Source: an uncultured virus (IMG/VR IMGVR_UViG_2061766007_000800) (taxonomy: Duplodnaviria > Heunggongvirae > Uroviricota > Caudoviricetes). Taken from it: a DNA stretch of 64,000 nucleotides. The translations under genes were made by a program, and so were the position numbers. The notes beneath the pieces are model-generated. The model had not been told where the DNA came from and ran no database searches. It saw only the letters and a list, made by a program, of their open reading frames with translations. Position 1 is the first letter of the stretch. The number at the start of each line of letters is the position of its first letter. Of the stretch, positions 48,986-60,126 are shown one piece after another. The stretch lies in IMG/VR virus record IMGVR_UViG_2061766007_000800. The stretch is one strand, 5' to 3'.

Positions 48986-49618
48986 ATGGAAGAAAAAAAG
49001 AAAACATTATTAGATTTTGAAGTAGACGATTTATTTGATGCTTTATGTGGTAATACAAAAAAGGATATTAATGAGTTCCCTGACTTGGTTAACTTAGCAG
49101 GTGATTTAGACCGTCAGATTGTTGTTGGTGACATTTTTGAAGGTTTTGGTCGTTCTGTTGATGGTCTTATTCAATTTTGGAATAAGTATGATGAAGACCA
49201 TAATATCCCCGTTGAAGAAAGAAAACCTATTAAATTAATGATTGATTCAAATGGTGGTAGTTTATCAGACACCTTTACTATTGTTGATGCAATTAAATTA
49301 TCTAAAACACCTATTGAAGCCTATGTTATCGGTTGTGCATATTCTGGTGGCTTCTTTGTAACTATTGCATCTCCTAAGAGATATGGTTATAAGCATTCTA
49401 GTTATGTATTCCATGAAGGTTCTGTAGGAAATGGTGGAACCAGTGGTCAGTTTGAAAACTTCGCTGCTTTCTATAAGAAACAGTTAAGTTTATTAAAAGA
49501 CCTTGTTATCGAAAACACAAAAATTACAGAAGAAGAATATGAAAAGATTAAGAGAGACGACATTTGGTATGATGCTTATGAAGCTCTTGAAAAAGGTATT
49601 ATTGATGAGGTGTTATAA
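48986..49618 (+). CDS. ClpP-like protease
   Basis: PIKLMIDSNGG, AYSGG, FHEG, D.W..A.EAL.KGIIDE. Confidence 0.85.
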   Translation: MEEKKKTLLDFEVDDLFDALCGNTKKDINEFPDLVNLAGDLDRQIVVGDIFEGFGRSVDGLIQFWNKYDEDHNIPVEERKPIKLMIDSNGGSLSDTFTIVDAIKLSKTPIEAYVIGCAYSGGFFVTIASPKRYGYKHSSYVFHEGSVGNGGTSGQFENFAAFYKKQLSLLKDLVIENTKITEEEYEKIKRDDIWYDAYEALEKGIIDEVL

Positions 49619-50364
49619 TGAAATTTGAAAGAAGTAATACATATAATTGGGAAAATGCTATGCATGGACTCCGTCATCCAATGGAGTCCTATGCAAAAGG
49701 TGATACAATGTGGTACGAAGATACAACAGAGAATGAACTTAAATGCGGTAATGAAGCCTTAGCAGTAGACTCGGCTAACTGTATGTTTCTCGGTATAGGA
49801 CCGAACGATATGGATTTGGCACAGAGAATGATTAAGGCGGGAAGCCCTAACGACAAGTTTCTCCGCCAAATCTTTGTGTCTGTTGACATCACAGCTCCAT
49901 TGTACTGGTGGAAGGAGATGGATACCTACAAAGTTGGAACCGTTGCGAACAGTACGAGTACAATGCATAAACTTGCAACTACGCCTATTACATTAGATTG
50001 TTTTGAAATTGACGATTTAGACATAACTGCTGCTTATAAATCAGTACTTTATAATCCAGACACAATGGTAGAATATCTTGAATATTTACGTCAAAAATAT
50101 CTTGAAACAAAAGATAAGAAATATTGGAAAGAACTTATCCGTTGGTTACCTGAGGGGTGGTTGCAAACAAGAACTTTTACTTGTAATTATGCTGTTTTAA
50201 GAAATGTTTTACATTGGAGAAAAAATCATAGATTAAAATATGAATGGGATAGTTTTATTGCTTGGGCAAAAACACTTCCCTATGCGGAGGAACTACTTTT
50301 TTATGAAAATGGATATGACAACGGATACCAATTACACGATTTATTGTCACAGAAACAAAATTAA
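49618..50364 (+). CDS. ThyX-like (flavin-dependent thymidylate synthase-related) protein
   Basis: KFLRQI.V..DITAPLYWWKE.DTY..NS.STMH, LP.G..Q, R.NHRL.EW. Confidence 0.6.
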   Translation: MKFERSNTYNWENAMHGLRHPMESYAKGDTMWYEDTTENELKCGNEALAVDSANCMFLGIGPNDMDLAQRMIKAGSPNDKFLRQIFVSVDITAPLYWWKEMDTYKVGTVANSTSTMHKLATTPITLDCFEIDDLDITAAYKSVLYNPDTMVEYLEYLRQKYLETKDKKYWKELIRWLPEGWLQTRTFTCNYAVLRNVLHWRKNHRLKYEWDSFIAWAKTLPYAEELLFYENGYDNGYQLHDLLSQKQN

Positions 50365-50893
50365 TAATAAAGCTTATATTGGACAAACTAGTCAAAAATT
50401 AGAGCGAAGATGGAGAGATGGTGAAGGATATTCTCATTGCTCTTATTTTTATAATGCAATAAAAAAATATGGCTGGGATAATTTTGAACATTTTATAATA
50501 TTTAATAATTTAACAAAAGAAGAAGCTAATATTAAAGAACAATTACTAATCCAACTATTTGATACCATAAATCCTAATTTTGGATATAATTTAGAAATAG
50601 GTGGTGGAAATAAAACTCATAGTGAAGAAACAAAACAAAAAATTAGTAATTCTTTAAAAGGAATGTTTGCAGGAGAGAAGAATCCAATGTATGGAAAAAC
50701 CTCTCCTAATGCTAAAAAAATAATATGTTTAAATACAAATGAAATTTTTAATTCAGCAACTGAAGCGGGTAATTGTTATAAAGTAGATAATAGTTCTATT
50801 TCTAAAGTTTGTAGAGGAGAAAGAAAAAGCGCAGGTGTCCATCCTGAGACCAGAGAACCTTTACGATGGGAATTTATAGAAGAAAAAGAATAA
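50303..50893 (+). CDS. GIY-YIG homing endonuclease with NUMOD motifs
   Basis: IYCH.N..N.KAYIGQT, GYN...GG, HSEETKQKIS, NPMYGK. Confidence 0.85.
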   Translation: MKMDMTTDTNYTIYCHRNKINNKAYIGQTSQKLERRWRDGEGYSHCSYFYNAIKKYGWDNFEHFIIFNNLTKEEANIKEQLLIQLFDTINPNFGYNLEIGGGNKTHSEETKQKISNSLKGMFAGEKNPMYGKTSPNAKKIICLNTNEIFNSATEAGNCYKVDNSSISKVCRGERKSAGVHPETREPLRWEFIEEKE

Positions 50894-51000
50894 AGTTGCN
50901 NNNNNNNNNNNNNNNNNNNNNNNNNNNNNNNNNNNNNNNNNNNNNNNNNNNNNNNNNNNNNNNNNNNNNNNNNNNNNNNNNNNNNNNNNNNNNNNNNAAA

Positions 51001-51243
51001 ATGGTAAATAAGTTACATATTGGACAAAAATATTTATTTAAAATGAATAAAGGTGAAGATGGCTGGGATAAACAGTCAGGTATATTTCAGGGTACTTCCC
51101 CGCATAAGACTTGCTCTTGTTGTGGGGAAAATGACCATGTCATTTACAAGTTTAGATGTGGTATGATAAGAGATAATCTTTATAGATTTGAAGACCTTGA
51201 TTTATGCGAAGATTGTTTTGATATAGAAAAAGAATTATATTAA
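51001..51243 (+). CDS. hypothetical Cys-rich protein
   Basis: ORF after the gap. Confidence 0.5.
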   Translation: MVNKLHIGQKYLFKMNKGEDGWDKQSGIFQGTSPHKTCSCCGENDHVIYKFRCGMIRDNLYRFEDLDLCEDCFDIEKELY

Positions 51244-51263
51244 AATAGAAAGGAAAAATAAAA

Positions 51264-51647
51264 ATGTCCAAAGAAAAAGATGCTTTTATGAAAATTGTTC
51301 AAACAGAAATTTTTGACAGACCTGACATTTGGGGCGAGAACTATGATGATGGAGAAGTTTTTCTTAATGCTTGTAAATATTGGGAAAAGTTAAAGAATGG
51401 CGGAGGGGACAACTCAAAACCTGCGTTCACAGAAAAAGGTATTGTTATCCTTAAGTATTTAAAAGAGAATCCCGATGCAGTGCTTCCCGCAAAGAAAATT
51501 GCTGAAGAACTTGATTTATCTTCAAGGACTGTTTCTGGTGCTATGAAGAAATTAGTAACAGATGGATATGTTGAAAAGTTCGATGGCGAACCTAAAACTT
51601 ACTCTATTACAGAAGCTGGTAAGGAAATTGAAATTGAGGAAAAGTAA
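51264..51647 (+). CDS. winged-helix (MarR-like) regulator
   Basis: AK.IAEEL.LSSRTVSGAMKKLV..GYVEK. Confidence 0.75.
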   Translation: MSKEKDAFMKIVQTEIFDRPDIWGENYDDGEVFLNACKYWEKLKNGGGDNSKPAFTEKGIVILKYLKENPDAVLPAKKIAEELDLSSRTVSGAMKKLVTDGYVEKFDGEPKTYSITEAGKEIEIEEK

Positions 51648-51731
51648 AATTTGACTTTTCCAAAAATTTTTGATATAATATTTATATAAGGTTTTATAAA
51701 TAAAAGTAAAAAATAATAAGGAGAAAACAAA

Positions 51732-52706
51732 ATGAGACAGAAACTTATTAACACAGAAAAAATTCAAGGTTATTTGTATGACTTTAAGCTTGAACAGAAG
51801 AAAGTTCAGAACAAGGAATCCAAGAACTTCGGACAGGAGTATATTGGTGGTTCTATTGATGTTTTAACATCAGAAGATGGTATGAATATTGTTACTGTAA
51901 AGTATACATATGTTGTACCTAAGACATCTAAGGGTACAGCTAATAAGACATACGATACTTTACTTCAGATTATGAATGGTGGCAAGACAGTCATCAAAGA
52001 CGGTAAGGAAAATGCTTTAAAAGTTAAAGTTGACACTTCTCTCGCATTAAATGAATGGTTCTCACAGGAGAAGGATGAGCAGGGTGAAAGAAAGCTTATC
52101 AGCGCTAAGGAGAACAATGGTGGCTTTGTAACTATCGTTTCTGATATTGAAGAGGACGAGAGTAAGCGTACAAAGTTTGAATGTGATATGTTTATCACAG
52201 GTTATAGAGAGATTGAAGCTAATGATGAAAGAGGAACAGAAGCTCATGCAGAGATTTCTGGTTGGGTATTTAACTTCAAGGGTGACCCCCTTCCTGTAAC
52301 ATTTAAGGTTCGTAATGAAAGAGGTATGAATTACTTTGCAGGACTTGACCTTAATGACCACAATCCTACATTCACATTAGTAAGAGGTATTCTTAGTTCT
52401 TCAACAAGAATTGTTAAGAATGAAATTAAGAGTGCTTGGAGTGATGAGGTTGAAGTAGAAGAGAAGACATATTCTTCAAAGGAATGGGTTGTTACATCTT
52501 CTTCACCTGAAACTTATCCTTTAGATGATGCTGAAAACGGAATTATCCCTGAAGATGTTCAGAACCTTAAGGCAGCAAGAGCAAAGACTGTTGCAGAAAT
52601 TAAGGCTAGACAGGAAGCATATGAAGCTTCTAAGAACTCACAGGAAGGTTCATTTGGCGGAGCAGCTACAACAGCAGCACCCGTAAAGCAGGCATATAAC
52701 TTTTAA
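51732..52706 (+). CDS. putative single-stranded DNA-binding/recombination protein
   Basis: Beta-rich, highly expressed codon usage, flexible tail ending in F; upstream of an AAA_24 ATPase. Confidence 0.5.
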   Translation: MRQKLINTEKIQGYLYDFKLEQKKVQNKESKNFGQEYIGGSIDVLTSEDGMNIVTVKYTYVVPKTSKGTANKTYDTLLQIMNGGKTVIKDGKENALKVKVDTSLALNEWFSQEKDEQGERKLISAKENNGGFVTIVSDIEEDESKRTKFECDMFITGYREIEANDERGTEAHAEISGWVFNFKGDPLPVTFKVRNERGMNYFAGLDLNDHNPTFTLVRGILSSSTRIVKNEIKSAWSDEVEVEEKTYSSKEWVVTSSSPETYPLDDAENGIIPEDVQNLKAARAKTVAEIKARQEAYEASKNSQEGSFGGAATTAAPVKQAYNF

Positions 52707-52763
52707 TTTAAAAGAGAGGTTTATATAACCTCTCTTTTATAACCAAAAAAGGAGAAGTAAAAA

Positions 52764-53792
52764 ATGATAGATATTTTCAATGTTCAACCTCATAAAGTAT
52801 CCAAGTCATTAAAAGGATACGCAGTATTTATGTATGGCGGATGGAAGACTGGTAAGACAACCACCGCATGTCGTTTTGAAAAGCCTTTACTTATCGCCGC
52901 AGAGAAAGGTTATAATGCCATTCCTGGCGCTATGGCTCTTCCTGTTAATAGCTGGTCAGAATTTAGAACAGTTCTTCGTCAGTTAAAAGATGAAAAGGCT
53001 AAGGAAATGTATCTTAATATTATTTTGGATACGGTTGATATTCTTTATGAATATTGTGTAAAATATATTTGTTCAAACAACAATGTTGATAATATTTCAG
53101 ACATTGGATTTGGTAAAGGTTATGGTATGGTTGAGAAAGAGTTTGACTCTTGCTTAAGACAGATATTCCAGATGGGATATGGTCTTATTATGATTTCTCA
53201 CGATACTGATAAGACTTTCAAGAATGAGAACGGTTCTGAATTTAATAAAATTGTTCCTACTCTTGATAAAAGAGCAAATAATGTAGTTGCTCGTATGGCT
53301 GACGTTATTATGTATACTCGTTCTGTTCCTGCGGAAGATGGTACTGAGAAAGTTGTAGCTTTCTGTAGAGGTACTTCAAGATATGAAGCAGGTTCAAGAT
53401 TTGAGTTTTTCCCCGACCATTTTGATTTATCCTATGATAACTTAGTAAATGCATTTGCAGAAGCTATCGAAGGCGTTGAAAAGAAATATGGCGGAACAGT
53501 GGTAACAGAAGAAAGACAAAATGCATATATTGATACGACAAGTGAATTAGACTTTGACAAGTTAATGGAAGAGTTTAATAATCTTATCGCTAATATCCCT
53601 GGCTCTTCTGATGTTGAACAGACAACAGAAGAAGGAAAGAAGTTCTTTGAGTGGTATATGCCTAGAATAACTGAAATTGTGGAGAAATATTTAGGCAAGG
53701 GAAGAAAAGTTCGAGATATTAAACGAGAACAAGTTGAATCTTTATATTTAATTATAGTAGATTTAAAAGATTTTATAGAAAAAACAAAATAA
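52764..53792 (+). CDS. AAA_24/Sak4-like ATPase
   Basis: YGGWKTGKTT, EKG, LDT.D, ISH, AGSR. Confidence 0.75.
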   Translation: MIDIFNVQPHKVSKSLKGYAVFMYGGWKTGKTTTACRFEKPLLIAAEKGYNAIPGAMALPVNSWSEFRTVLRQLKDEKAKEMYLNIILDTVDILYEYCVKYICSNNNVDNISDIGFGKGYGMVEKEFDSCLRQIFQMGYGLIMISHDTDKTFKNENGSEFNKIVPTLDKRANNVVARMADVIMYTRSVPAEDGTEKVVAFCRGTSRYEAGSRFEFFPDHFDLSYDNLVNAFAEAIEGVEKKYGGTVVTEERQNAYIDTTSELDFDKLMEEFNNLIANIPGSSDVEQTTEEGKKFFEWYMPRITEIVEKYLGKGRKVRDIKREQVESLYLIIVDLKDFIEKTK

Positions 53793-53841
53793 TATAGGGG
53801 ATTAAATCCCCTATATATTTTTAAAGGAGGATAATAGAAAG

Positions 53842-54750
53842 ATGCCAAGGAAAATAGATTTAACAGGACAAAAATTTGGAAGATGGACTGTTTTATACGA
53901 AGTCCCCGAAAGGAGAAATAATAATATTTATTGGCACTGTAAATGTGAATGTGGAGTTGAAAGAGACGTTCGTGGAGGAGATTTAAGAAAAGGAGTATCT
54001 TCTTCTTGTGGATGTTTAAATAAAGAAATTACTTCAGAAAAATTTACTAAAAATTTAATTGGAAATAGATATGGTAAATTAGTGGTTTTAGAAAAAACAG
54101 ACAAAAGAAGAGGTGGTAGTGTTATTTGGAAATGTAAATGTGATTGTGGCAATATTGTTGATGTTTGTTCTATTGAATTAGTAAATGGGGATACTAAATC
54201 TTGTGGATGTTATCAAAAAGAAAGAATTAGAGAAGTTTGTGGAAGTAAATTAGAAGGACAACGTTTTGGTAAACTTACAGTTTTAGAACCTTGCGATGAC
54301 GAAAATAAAATAAAATATGCTAAAGATATTACTTGGAAATGCAAATGTGATTGCGGAAATATACATTATGCATTAACTTCAAGTCTAAAACAAGGTAATG
54401 TACAATCTTGTGGATGTGTAAAATCAAAAGGAGAAGAAAAAATTGCAGAACTTTTAAAAGAAAATAATATTCCTTTTTTAAAACAAAAAAGTTTTCCAAA
54501 TTGCAAAGATATAAATTCTTTACTTTTTGATTTTTATGTTGATAATAAATATTTAATTGAATATGATGGAATACAACATTTTGATAAAAATAATAACTGG
54601 TATGATGAAGGAAGAGAAAAAAGAGATAATATAAAAAATAATTTTGCTAAAGAAAATAATATCCCTTTAATAAGAATTCCATATTGGAAACTATCAACTT
54701 TAACAATAGAAGATTTAAAGCTGGAAACGACCAATTATTTATTTTTATAA
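53842..54750 (+). CDS. homing-endonuclease-like protein (three Cys repeats plus Vsr-like nuclease)
   Basis: Paralog of 439-1167; FDFY..IEYDG.QH. Confidence 0.7.
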   Translation: MPRKIDLTGQKFGRWTVLYEVPERRNNNIYWHCKCECGVERDVRGGDLRKGVSSSCGCLNKEITSEKFTKNLIGNRYGKLVVLEKTDKRRGGSVIWKCKCDCGNIVDVCSIELVNGDTKSCGCYQKERIREVCGSKLEGQRFGKLTVLEPCDDENKIKYAKDITWKCKCDCGNIHYALTSSLKQGNVQSCGCVKSKGEEKIAELLKENNIPFLKQKSFPNCKDINSLLFDFYVDNKYLIEYDGIQHFDKNNNWYDEGREKRDNIKNNFAKENNIPLIRIPYWKLSTLTIEDLKLETTNYLFL

Positions 54751-54796
54751 AAAATTATGTTATAATAAATTATAGAAAAATTAAAAGAGGAAAAAT

Positions 54797-55351
54797 ATGG
54801 CACACCCTTGTATATGTTCAGTATGCGGTAAAAAATTTGATAGAGATATAGTTCAGGCGGTAAAAAGCGGAGCAAGGCGTTATGCGCATCAGACTTGTAT
54901 GCCAGACGGAGAAATTGTGCCTTTGCCGCCACCTACAGAAAAGAAGCCTAAAGTAAAGAAAGAAAGTAAAGAAGACCCAGAGATGAAATTGTTAAAAGAC
55001 ACGATAAAAGACATCTTTGGAGATAAGGCGAATTGGGCAACTTGTATAAAACAAGTTAAGACATATACAGCACCGCCTTATGATTATAGTTTATCTGGTA
55101 TTAGGAAGAGTTTAGTTTATTTTTATCAGATAAAGAATAACCCTATTGAGAAAGCAAATGGAAGTATTGCGATAGTTCCATATATATATAAAGATGCATA
55201 TGACTATTTTTATGAGTTGTTTCTTTTGGAAAATCAATTTGAAAATAAAGTAGTCGAAGAAAGAGAAGAGAGAGAGATAGTTATTCCTCCTCCAAAGTCA
55301 AGAAGAAAAATAAAACTATTCAAATTATGGAGTGATGACGAGAATGAATAA
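54797..55351 (+). CDS. Zn-finger replication-module protein
   Basis: CSVC..H..C; adjacent to the helicase. Confidence 0.55.
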   Translation: MAHPCICSVCGKKFDRDIVQAVKSGARRYAHQTCMPDGEIVPLPPPTEKKPKVKKESKEDPEMKLLKDTIKDIFGDKANWATCIKQVKTYTAPPYDYSLSGIRKSLVYFYQIKNNPIEKANGSIAIVPYIYKDAYDYFYELFLLENQFENKVVEEREEREIVIPPPKSRRKIKLFKLWSDDENE

Positions 55352-56885
55352 AGTTAAATATATAGACATAAATGCAGTTTGCCATGTAATCGGAAATATC
55401 TACAAGAACCCTGATTTATTAGACCAGACCGATAAATATAATTTTATTGAAGAAGATTTTAAAAATAGTTTTCATAAAATTATATTTTCAACATTAAATA
55501 ATTTATATCAATTAGGAACTAATAAATTTTCTTTAGATATTATTCAAGATTATTTGGAACAAAGACCTAAGGCAAAGGCAGAATATAACCTTAATAAAGG
55601 TGATGAATATATATTAAAGTGTGTAGAGTTAGTCACACCAGATACGTTCCCATATTATTATCAGAGAGTTAAGAAGATGAGTCTTCTTCAATGTTTTCAA
55701 GATAATGGTATGGATTGTTCGTGGTTGTATAATCCTGATATTCTTGATGTAAAGAAAGCACAGGAACAGGAAGATAAGTTAGATACTCTTTCTATTGAAG
55801 AAATATATGATTTAGTCAACACAAGAATTGATTTAATTAGAGAAAAATATGTTGACCAATCAGAAGATAATAGTTGTCATTTTGGTGATGGCGTTGATGA
55901 GTATCTTGAAAGTTTAAAAGGTGCACCTGCATTAGGTTATCCTTTGTTTGGTAAGTATATGAATAATGTAACAAGAGGTGCAAGATTAAGTAAGTTCTTC
56001 TTAAGGTCAGCTCCTACAGGTGTTGGTAAGACAAGAAGTATGATAGCAGATGCTTGTTATATTGGTTGTTCACAGATGTATGATTTAAAAGAAGAGAAGT
56101 GGATAACAATAGGTGCTCCGCAGCCAACTTTATATATCCCAACAGAGCAAGATTTAAATGAGTGTCAAACAATGGCTTTGGCATTTATCGCGGGAGTGGA
56201 TGAGGAACACATCTTAACTCATACATATTTAGTAGGTGAATGGGAAAGAGTTGAGAAAGCGAAAACTATTTTAAAGAATAGTAAGATATATTTTGAAGAG
56301 ATACCAGACTTCACTCTTAAAGATATTGAAAATGCAATTAAAAGACAAGTAAGAATGCATGATGTTATGTATGTATTCTTTGATTATATTCACTCAAGTC
56401 CATCTTTACTTATGGCTATTGGCGGTAAGTCGGGTGTTAAGAATTTAAGAGAAGATAATGTATTATTCTTGTTGGCTTCTGGCTTAAAAGATTTAGCAAT
56501 TAAAAATGATATATTTATTATGTCAGGAACGCAGTTAAATGGTAAATGGGAAGAAACAGAAACTCCAGACCAGAACTGTTTAAGAGGTTCTAAAGCGATT
56601 GCCGATAGAATAGACTGGGGTGCGATTATGTTAGATGTCACTCCCGAAGATATTGAAAAACTTAAAAGTACATTAACAAAGTTTGGATATGAACCACCTA
56701 ATGTTAAATTAAGTATTTATAAGTATCGTCAAGGTAGATGGAAGAGCATATATCTTTGGATGAAAGCGGATAAAGCTACTTGCAGATATGAGCCTGTATT
56801 TGCAACAGATTGGAGATATGCCTGGGTTGATTTAGGTGACCCATTAAAAATTAAAGTTGATGAAGGGAGTGCTTTCGAACTATGA
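55344..56885 (+). CDS. DnaB-like replicative helicase
   Basis: SAPTGVGKT, TEQ, FFDYI, TQLN, RGSKAIAD.ID, K.RQG. Confidence 0.88.
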   Translation: MNKVKYIDINAVCHVIGNIYKNPDLLDQTDKYNFIEEDFKNSFHKIIFSTLNNLYQLGTNKFSLDIIQDYLEQRPKAKAEYNLNKGDEYILKCVELVTPDTFPYYYQRVKKMSLLQCFQDNGMDCSWLYNPDILDVKKAQEQEDKLDTLSIEEIYDLVNTRIDLIREKYVDQSEDNSCHFGDGVDEYLESLKGAPALGYPLFGKYMNNVTRGARLSKFFLRSAPTGVGKTRSMIADACYIGCSQMYDLKEEKWITIGAPQPTLYIPTEQDLNECQTMALAFIAGVDEEHILTHTYLVGEWERVEKAKTILKNSKIYFEEIPDFTLKDIENAIKRQVRMHDVMYVFFDYIHSSPSLLMAIGGKSGVKNLREDNVLFLLASGLKDLAIKNDIFIMSGTQLNGKWEETETPDQNCLRGSKAIADRIDWGAIMLDVTPEDIEKLKSTLTKFGYEPPNVKLSIYKYRQGRWKSIYLWMKADKATCRYEPVFATDWRYAWVDLGDPLKIKVDEGSAFEL

Positions 56886-58729
56886 GTTTAATACTTGATA
56901 AAAAAGGTGCAAATAAAATGATAACTCGTACACCAGATGGTCGAGAATTTGTTTTAGAATTTCAAGGAAAAGAAATAGATTATGATGAATATATAAATTT
57001 AAAAACTCAATTAGATGAACATGTTCCCTGTATCACAGCAGATAGAAATTGGACTGTTACTATTCCAGATGCACAAATAACTCCTAATCTTTATAATATT
57101 CTTACTACCACTGATATACCTTCTGTAGACTCTTCTATTGATACTATTAAAGAAATGATGAAAGAACTTAATGAACTAAAGAGAAGAGTAAATAGAACTG
57201 TAGCATTAGTTCATAACTGTAAGTGTTGCGGAGCGTCGCTTGAGGTAAACGAAGATAAACCAATATTCCATTGTAGATATTGCGGAGCAACATATTTATT
57301 AGGTTCAGTACAGCCTAATAGCGTTTATAATTAAGGAGTAAATAATATGAAACAGATTACAAGTGGAAAAGTAGATGAATATGTTGACAAAGGTGATATT
57401 AAAGACGGAGAAGTATTAACGAATGAAAGAATCGTTGCAGAACTTATCCGTTGGACAAGGGTTGTCAATTCTGAAAGTTATGAATACGAGAGATTAACTC
57501 CGTTAGTATTAACAACTGTCCTTGAACATTATGGATATGCATATGTAAAGGAAAACTCTAGCAGATAAAAGAAGAAGCGAACAATATAAGAGATTAAAGA
57601 AGGAAGGAATAATATGAAGACTTATAGAAAACAAATCAGACCTATGTTTGTAGGACCGATGCTTATGGGATTCGGTCAAGATTATTATCCGTTTTATGGT
57701 GAAGAAGTTTGGTTTAACGAAGAAGAAGTTACTGAATCAGACAAGATAAAATGGGAAAAAGAAATAAAAAAACATGATTCGTGGGGCAGTATGGAAATCG
57801 AAGAAAGATTTGTTGAATACGAGGGAGAATAAGAATGACTCATAAAACATTTTTTGATGGATTAAAGATAATTTTTGAGCGAGCAGGCGAAATCCCCGAT
57901 GATGAAAAGAATTATTACGAATTTCAAAAAGCAAAAGATAATACCGTCAAACAATTCAAAAAGTGGGGTGTTGATGTTCTTGACGACAAAGGAAATTTTA
58001 AACCTTTTAATCGGATTGTTGAAGATGTTGCAAAAATTTATCCTTCAATGAGCGACGAAGATAAAGAATTTTGTCTTGAGATATTATGCGGCAAAAGAGA
58101 AACAAATTTAAAATACATTGTGAGAAGATGTTTGGAGAGGTAAATAATATGAAAATAATATCTGGTGGTTTGTTTTCCGAAGATGGTATTCATATCAGAT
58201 GTGAACGATGTGAATGTGAATACGTAATTGAAGACAAAAGTGATTTTAAGTTAGATGTATTATTAGATAAGAGTATTCATTACAGTGCAATCTGTCCAGA
58301 ATGTCAATATAGAAAGTATTTTGGAGATTCCATTACTGAAAGAAAAGATTGGGAAGAACGGTTTCGTATACACGATAGAGAAGAAGCAAAAAAATATAAT
58401 GCTACAGATTATATTGAAATGTATGGATATTCGTTTAACATTCACATAAAGGAGTAAATAATATGGAACAGTTATATGATGAACCATTTAAAGAAGCCAA
58501 CCCTAAGGATTTTATATATGTGCAATGGTATCCATCATGGTTTAGGGCAGGCTTTGTCGCACAGCATCCATCTAAAGAAGATTTAGAGGAATTTTATGAT
58601 AATGTTAATGCTTCTGACCCGCATCATAATTCATTTGTAATAATGATATTAGAAGAAAAACATATCGGACTATTCGAAATTAATCAATATATTAAAGACA
58701 ATATTTTAAAATGTTTTTTTAATACTTAA
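56882..58729 (+). other. six short hypothetical ORFs (56882-57334, 57347-57568, 57614-57832, 57835-58143, 58149-58457, 58463-58729)
   Basis: Consecutive + strand ORFs, most with an RBS. Confidence 0.65.
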
Positions 58730-58818
58730 CAAAAAAAGGAGCTTTTATATAACTAATCATAAAAAATATATGATAGATACAAATTGTAAAAGATAAAAAA
58801 TTATTATATAATTAAATT

Positions 58819-59919
58819 ATGGAATATAAATATGATAAAGACGAAATAAAAAATAAAATAACAGTTGAGCAAGTTCGTGAGTTATGTGCGGAATTGGGTG
58901 GTGAACCACAGTATATGGGAGATGTTTTAGTGTGTAAAACAATTTGCCATGGCGGTAACAGTCATAAGTTATATTATTATGATAACACTAAACTTTTCCG
59001 TTGCTATACTGATTGTGGAACTACTTTCGACATTTTTGAATTGGTGGCTAAAGTTAAGACAAGAGAAGAACATAAAGAATATGGTCTTCCTCAAGCTTTA
59101 AGATTTGTCGCTCAATATTTTGGTTTTGCACCAAAAGAATGGGGTGACGAAGATGAATTATATAATTCTGAACTTTGGACACCTTTTACTAATTATGAAA
59201 GAGTTATAGATATAAAGCCAGAAACACAAGAGGTAGTGTTAAAGGAATATGATAATAAAGTCTTAACAAGACTTCCACATCCTCGAATTAGACCTTGGCT
59301 TAATGAGGGTATCTCACAAGAGGTAATGGATTATCATAATATAGCCTTTGACCCAAAGCTGTATGGTATTGTTATTCCGCATTATGATATTAACAATAGA
59401 TTAATAGGAATAAGAGAAAGGGCTATGATAAAGGAAAATGCAGACAGGTATGGTAAGTATCGTCCAGCCTTGATTGGAGGTATGCAATACAACCATCCGC
59501 TTGGATATAATTTATATAATCTTAATAACTCTAAAGAAAATATTAAAATAGCAAGGCGGGCAGTAGTCTTCGAAGGAGAAAAGAGTCCTATGTTATATGC
59601 GACTTATTTCGGAAAAGAAAATGATATATCTGTTGCGACTTGTGGCTCTTCATTTGTAAATTATCAATTTTGGCTTTTGTTACAGCTTGGAGTTAAAGAA
59701 ATAATAATTGCTTATGATAAGCAGTTCCAAGAAAAAGGCGATAAAGAATTTGAGAAACTTACAAAGAATTTTGAGAATATGGCTAAGAAATATGGAAATA
59801 TTGTAAAATTAAGTTTCTTATTTGATAAATGGAATTTAATTGGATATAAAGATGCTCCTATTGATAGGGGTAAAGAAATATTTGAAGAATTAGTATCAAG
59901 AAGAGTTATATTATATTAA
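58819..59919 (+). CDS. DNA primase (Zn finger plus TOPRIM)
   Basis: CH...C..C, IPH, KY, VVFEGEKS, IIAYD, KD. Confidence 0.85.
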   Translation: MEYKYDKDEIKNKITVEQVRELCAELGGEPQYMGDVLVCKTICHGGNSHKLYYYDNTKLFRCYTDCGTTFDIFELVAKVKTREEHKEYGLPQALRFVAQYFGFAPKEWGDEDELYNSELWTPFTNYERVIDIKPETQEVVLKEYDNKVLTRLPHPRIRPWLNEGISQEVMDYHNIAFDPKLYGIVIPHYDINNRLIGIRERAMIKENADRYGKYRPALIGGMQYNHPLGYNLYNLNNSKENIKIARRAVVFEGEKSPMLYATYFGKENDISVATCGSSFVNYQFWLLLQLGVKEIIIAYDKQFQEKGDKEFEKLTKNFENMAKKYGNIVKLSFLFDKWNLIGYKDAPIDRGKEIFEELVSRRVILY

Positions 59920-59930
59920 GGAGAATAATA

Positions 59931-60116
59931 ATGACAGATTCAACAAAAGAGCAATTAAATTGTGTTATAAAAAGATTAACAGAGATTGTTGAAAATTGTG
60001 ATGAACATTATAGAACAATAGATATAAATATTCAAATGTATTCTGTTTGGACCGCTGATGGTAGAGGTCCAGAGATAACATATAGAATTGAAGAACCTGT
60101 TCGATTAGAAGATTAG
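59931..60116 (+). CDS. hypothetical protein
   Basis: RBS and ORF. Confidence 0.55.
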   Translation: MTDSTKEQLNCVIKRLTEIVENCDEHYRTIDINIQMYSVWTADGRGPEITYRIEEPVRLED

Positions 60117-60126
60117 GAGAATAAAA

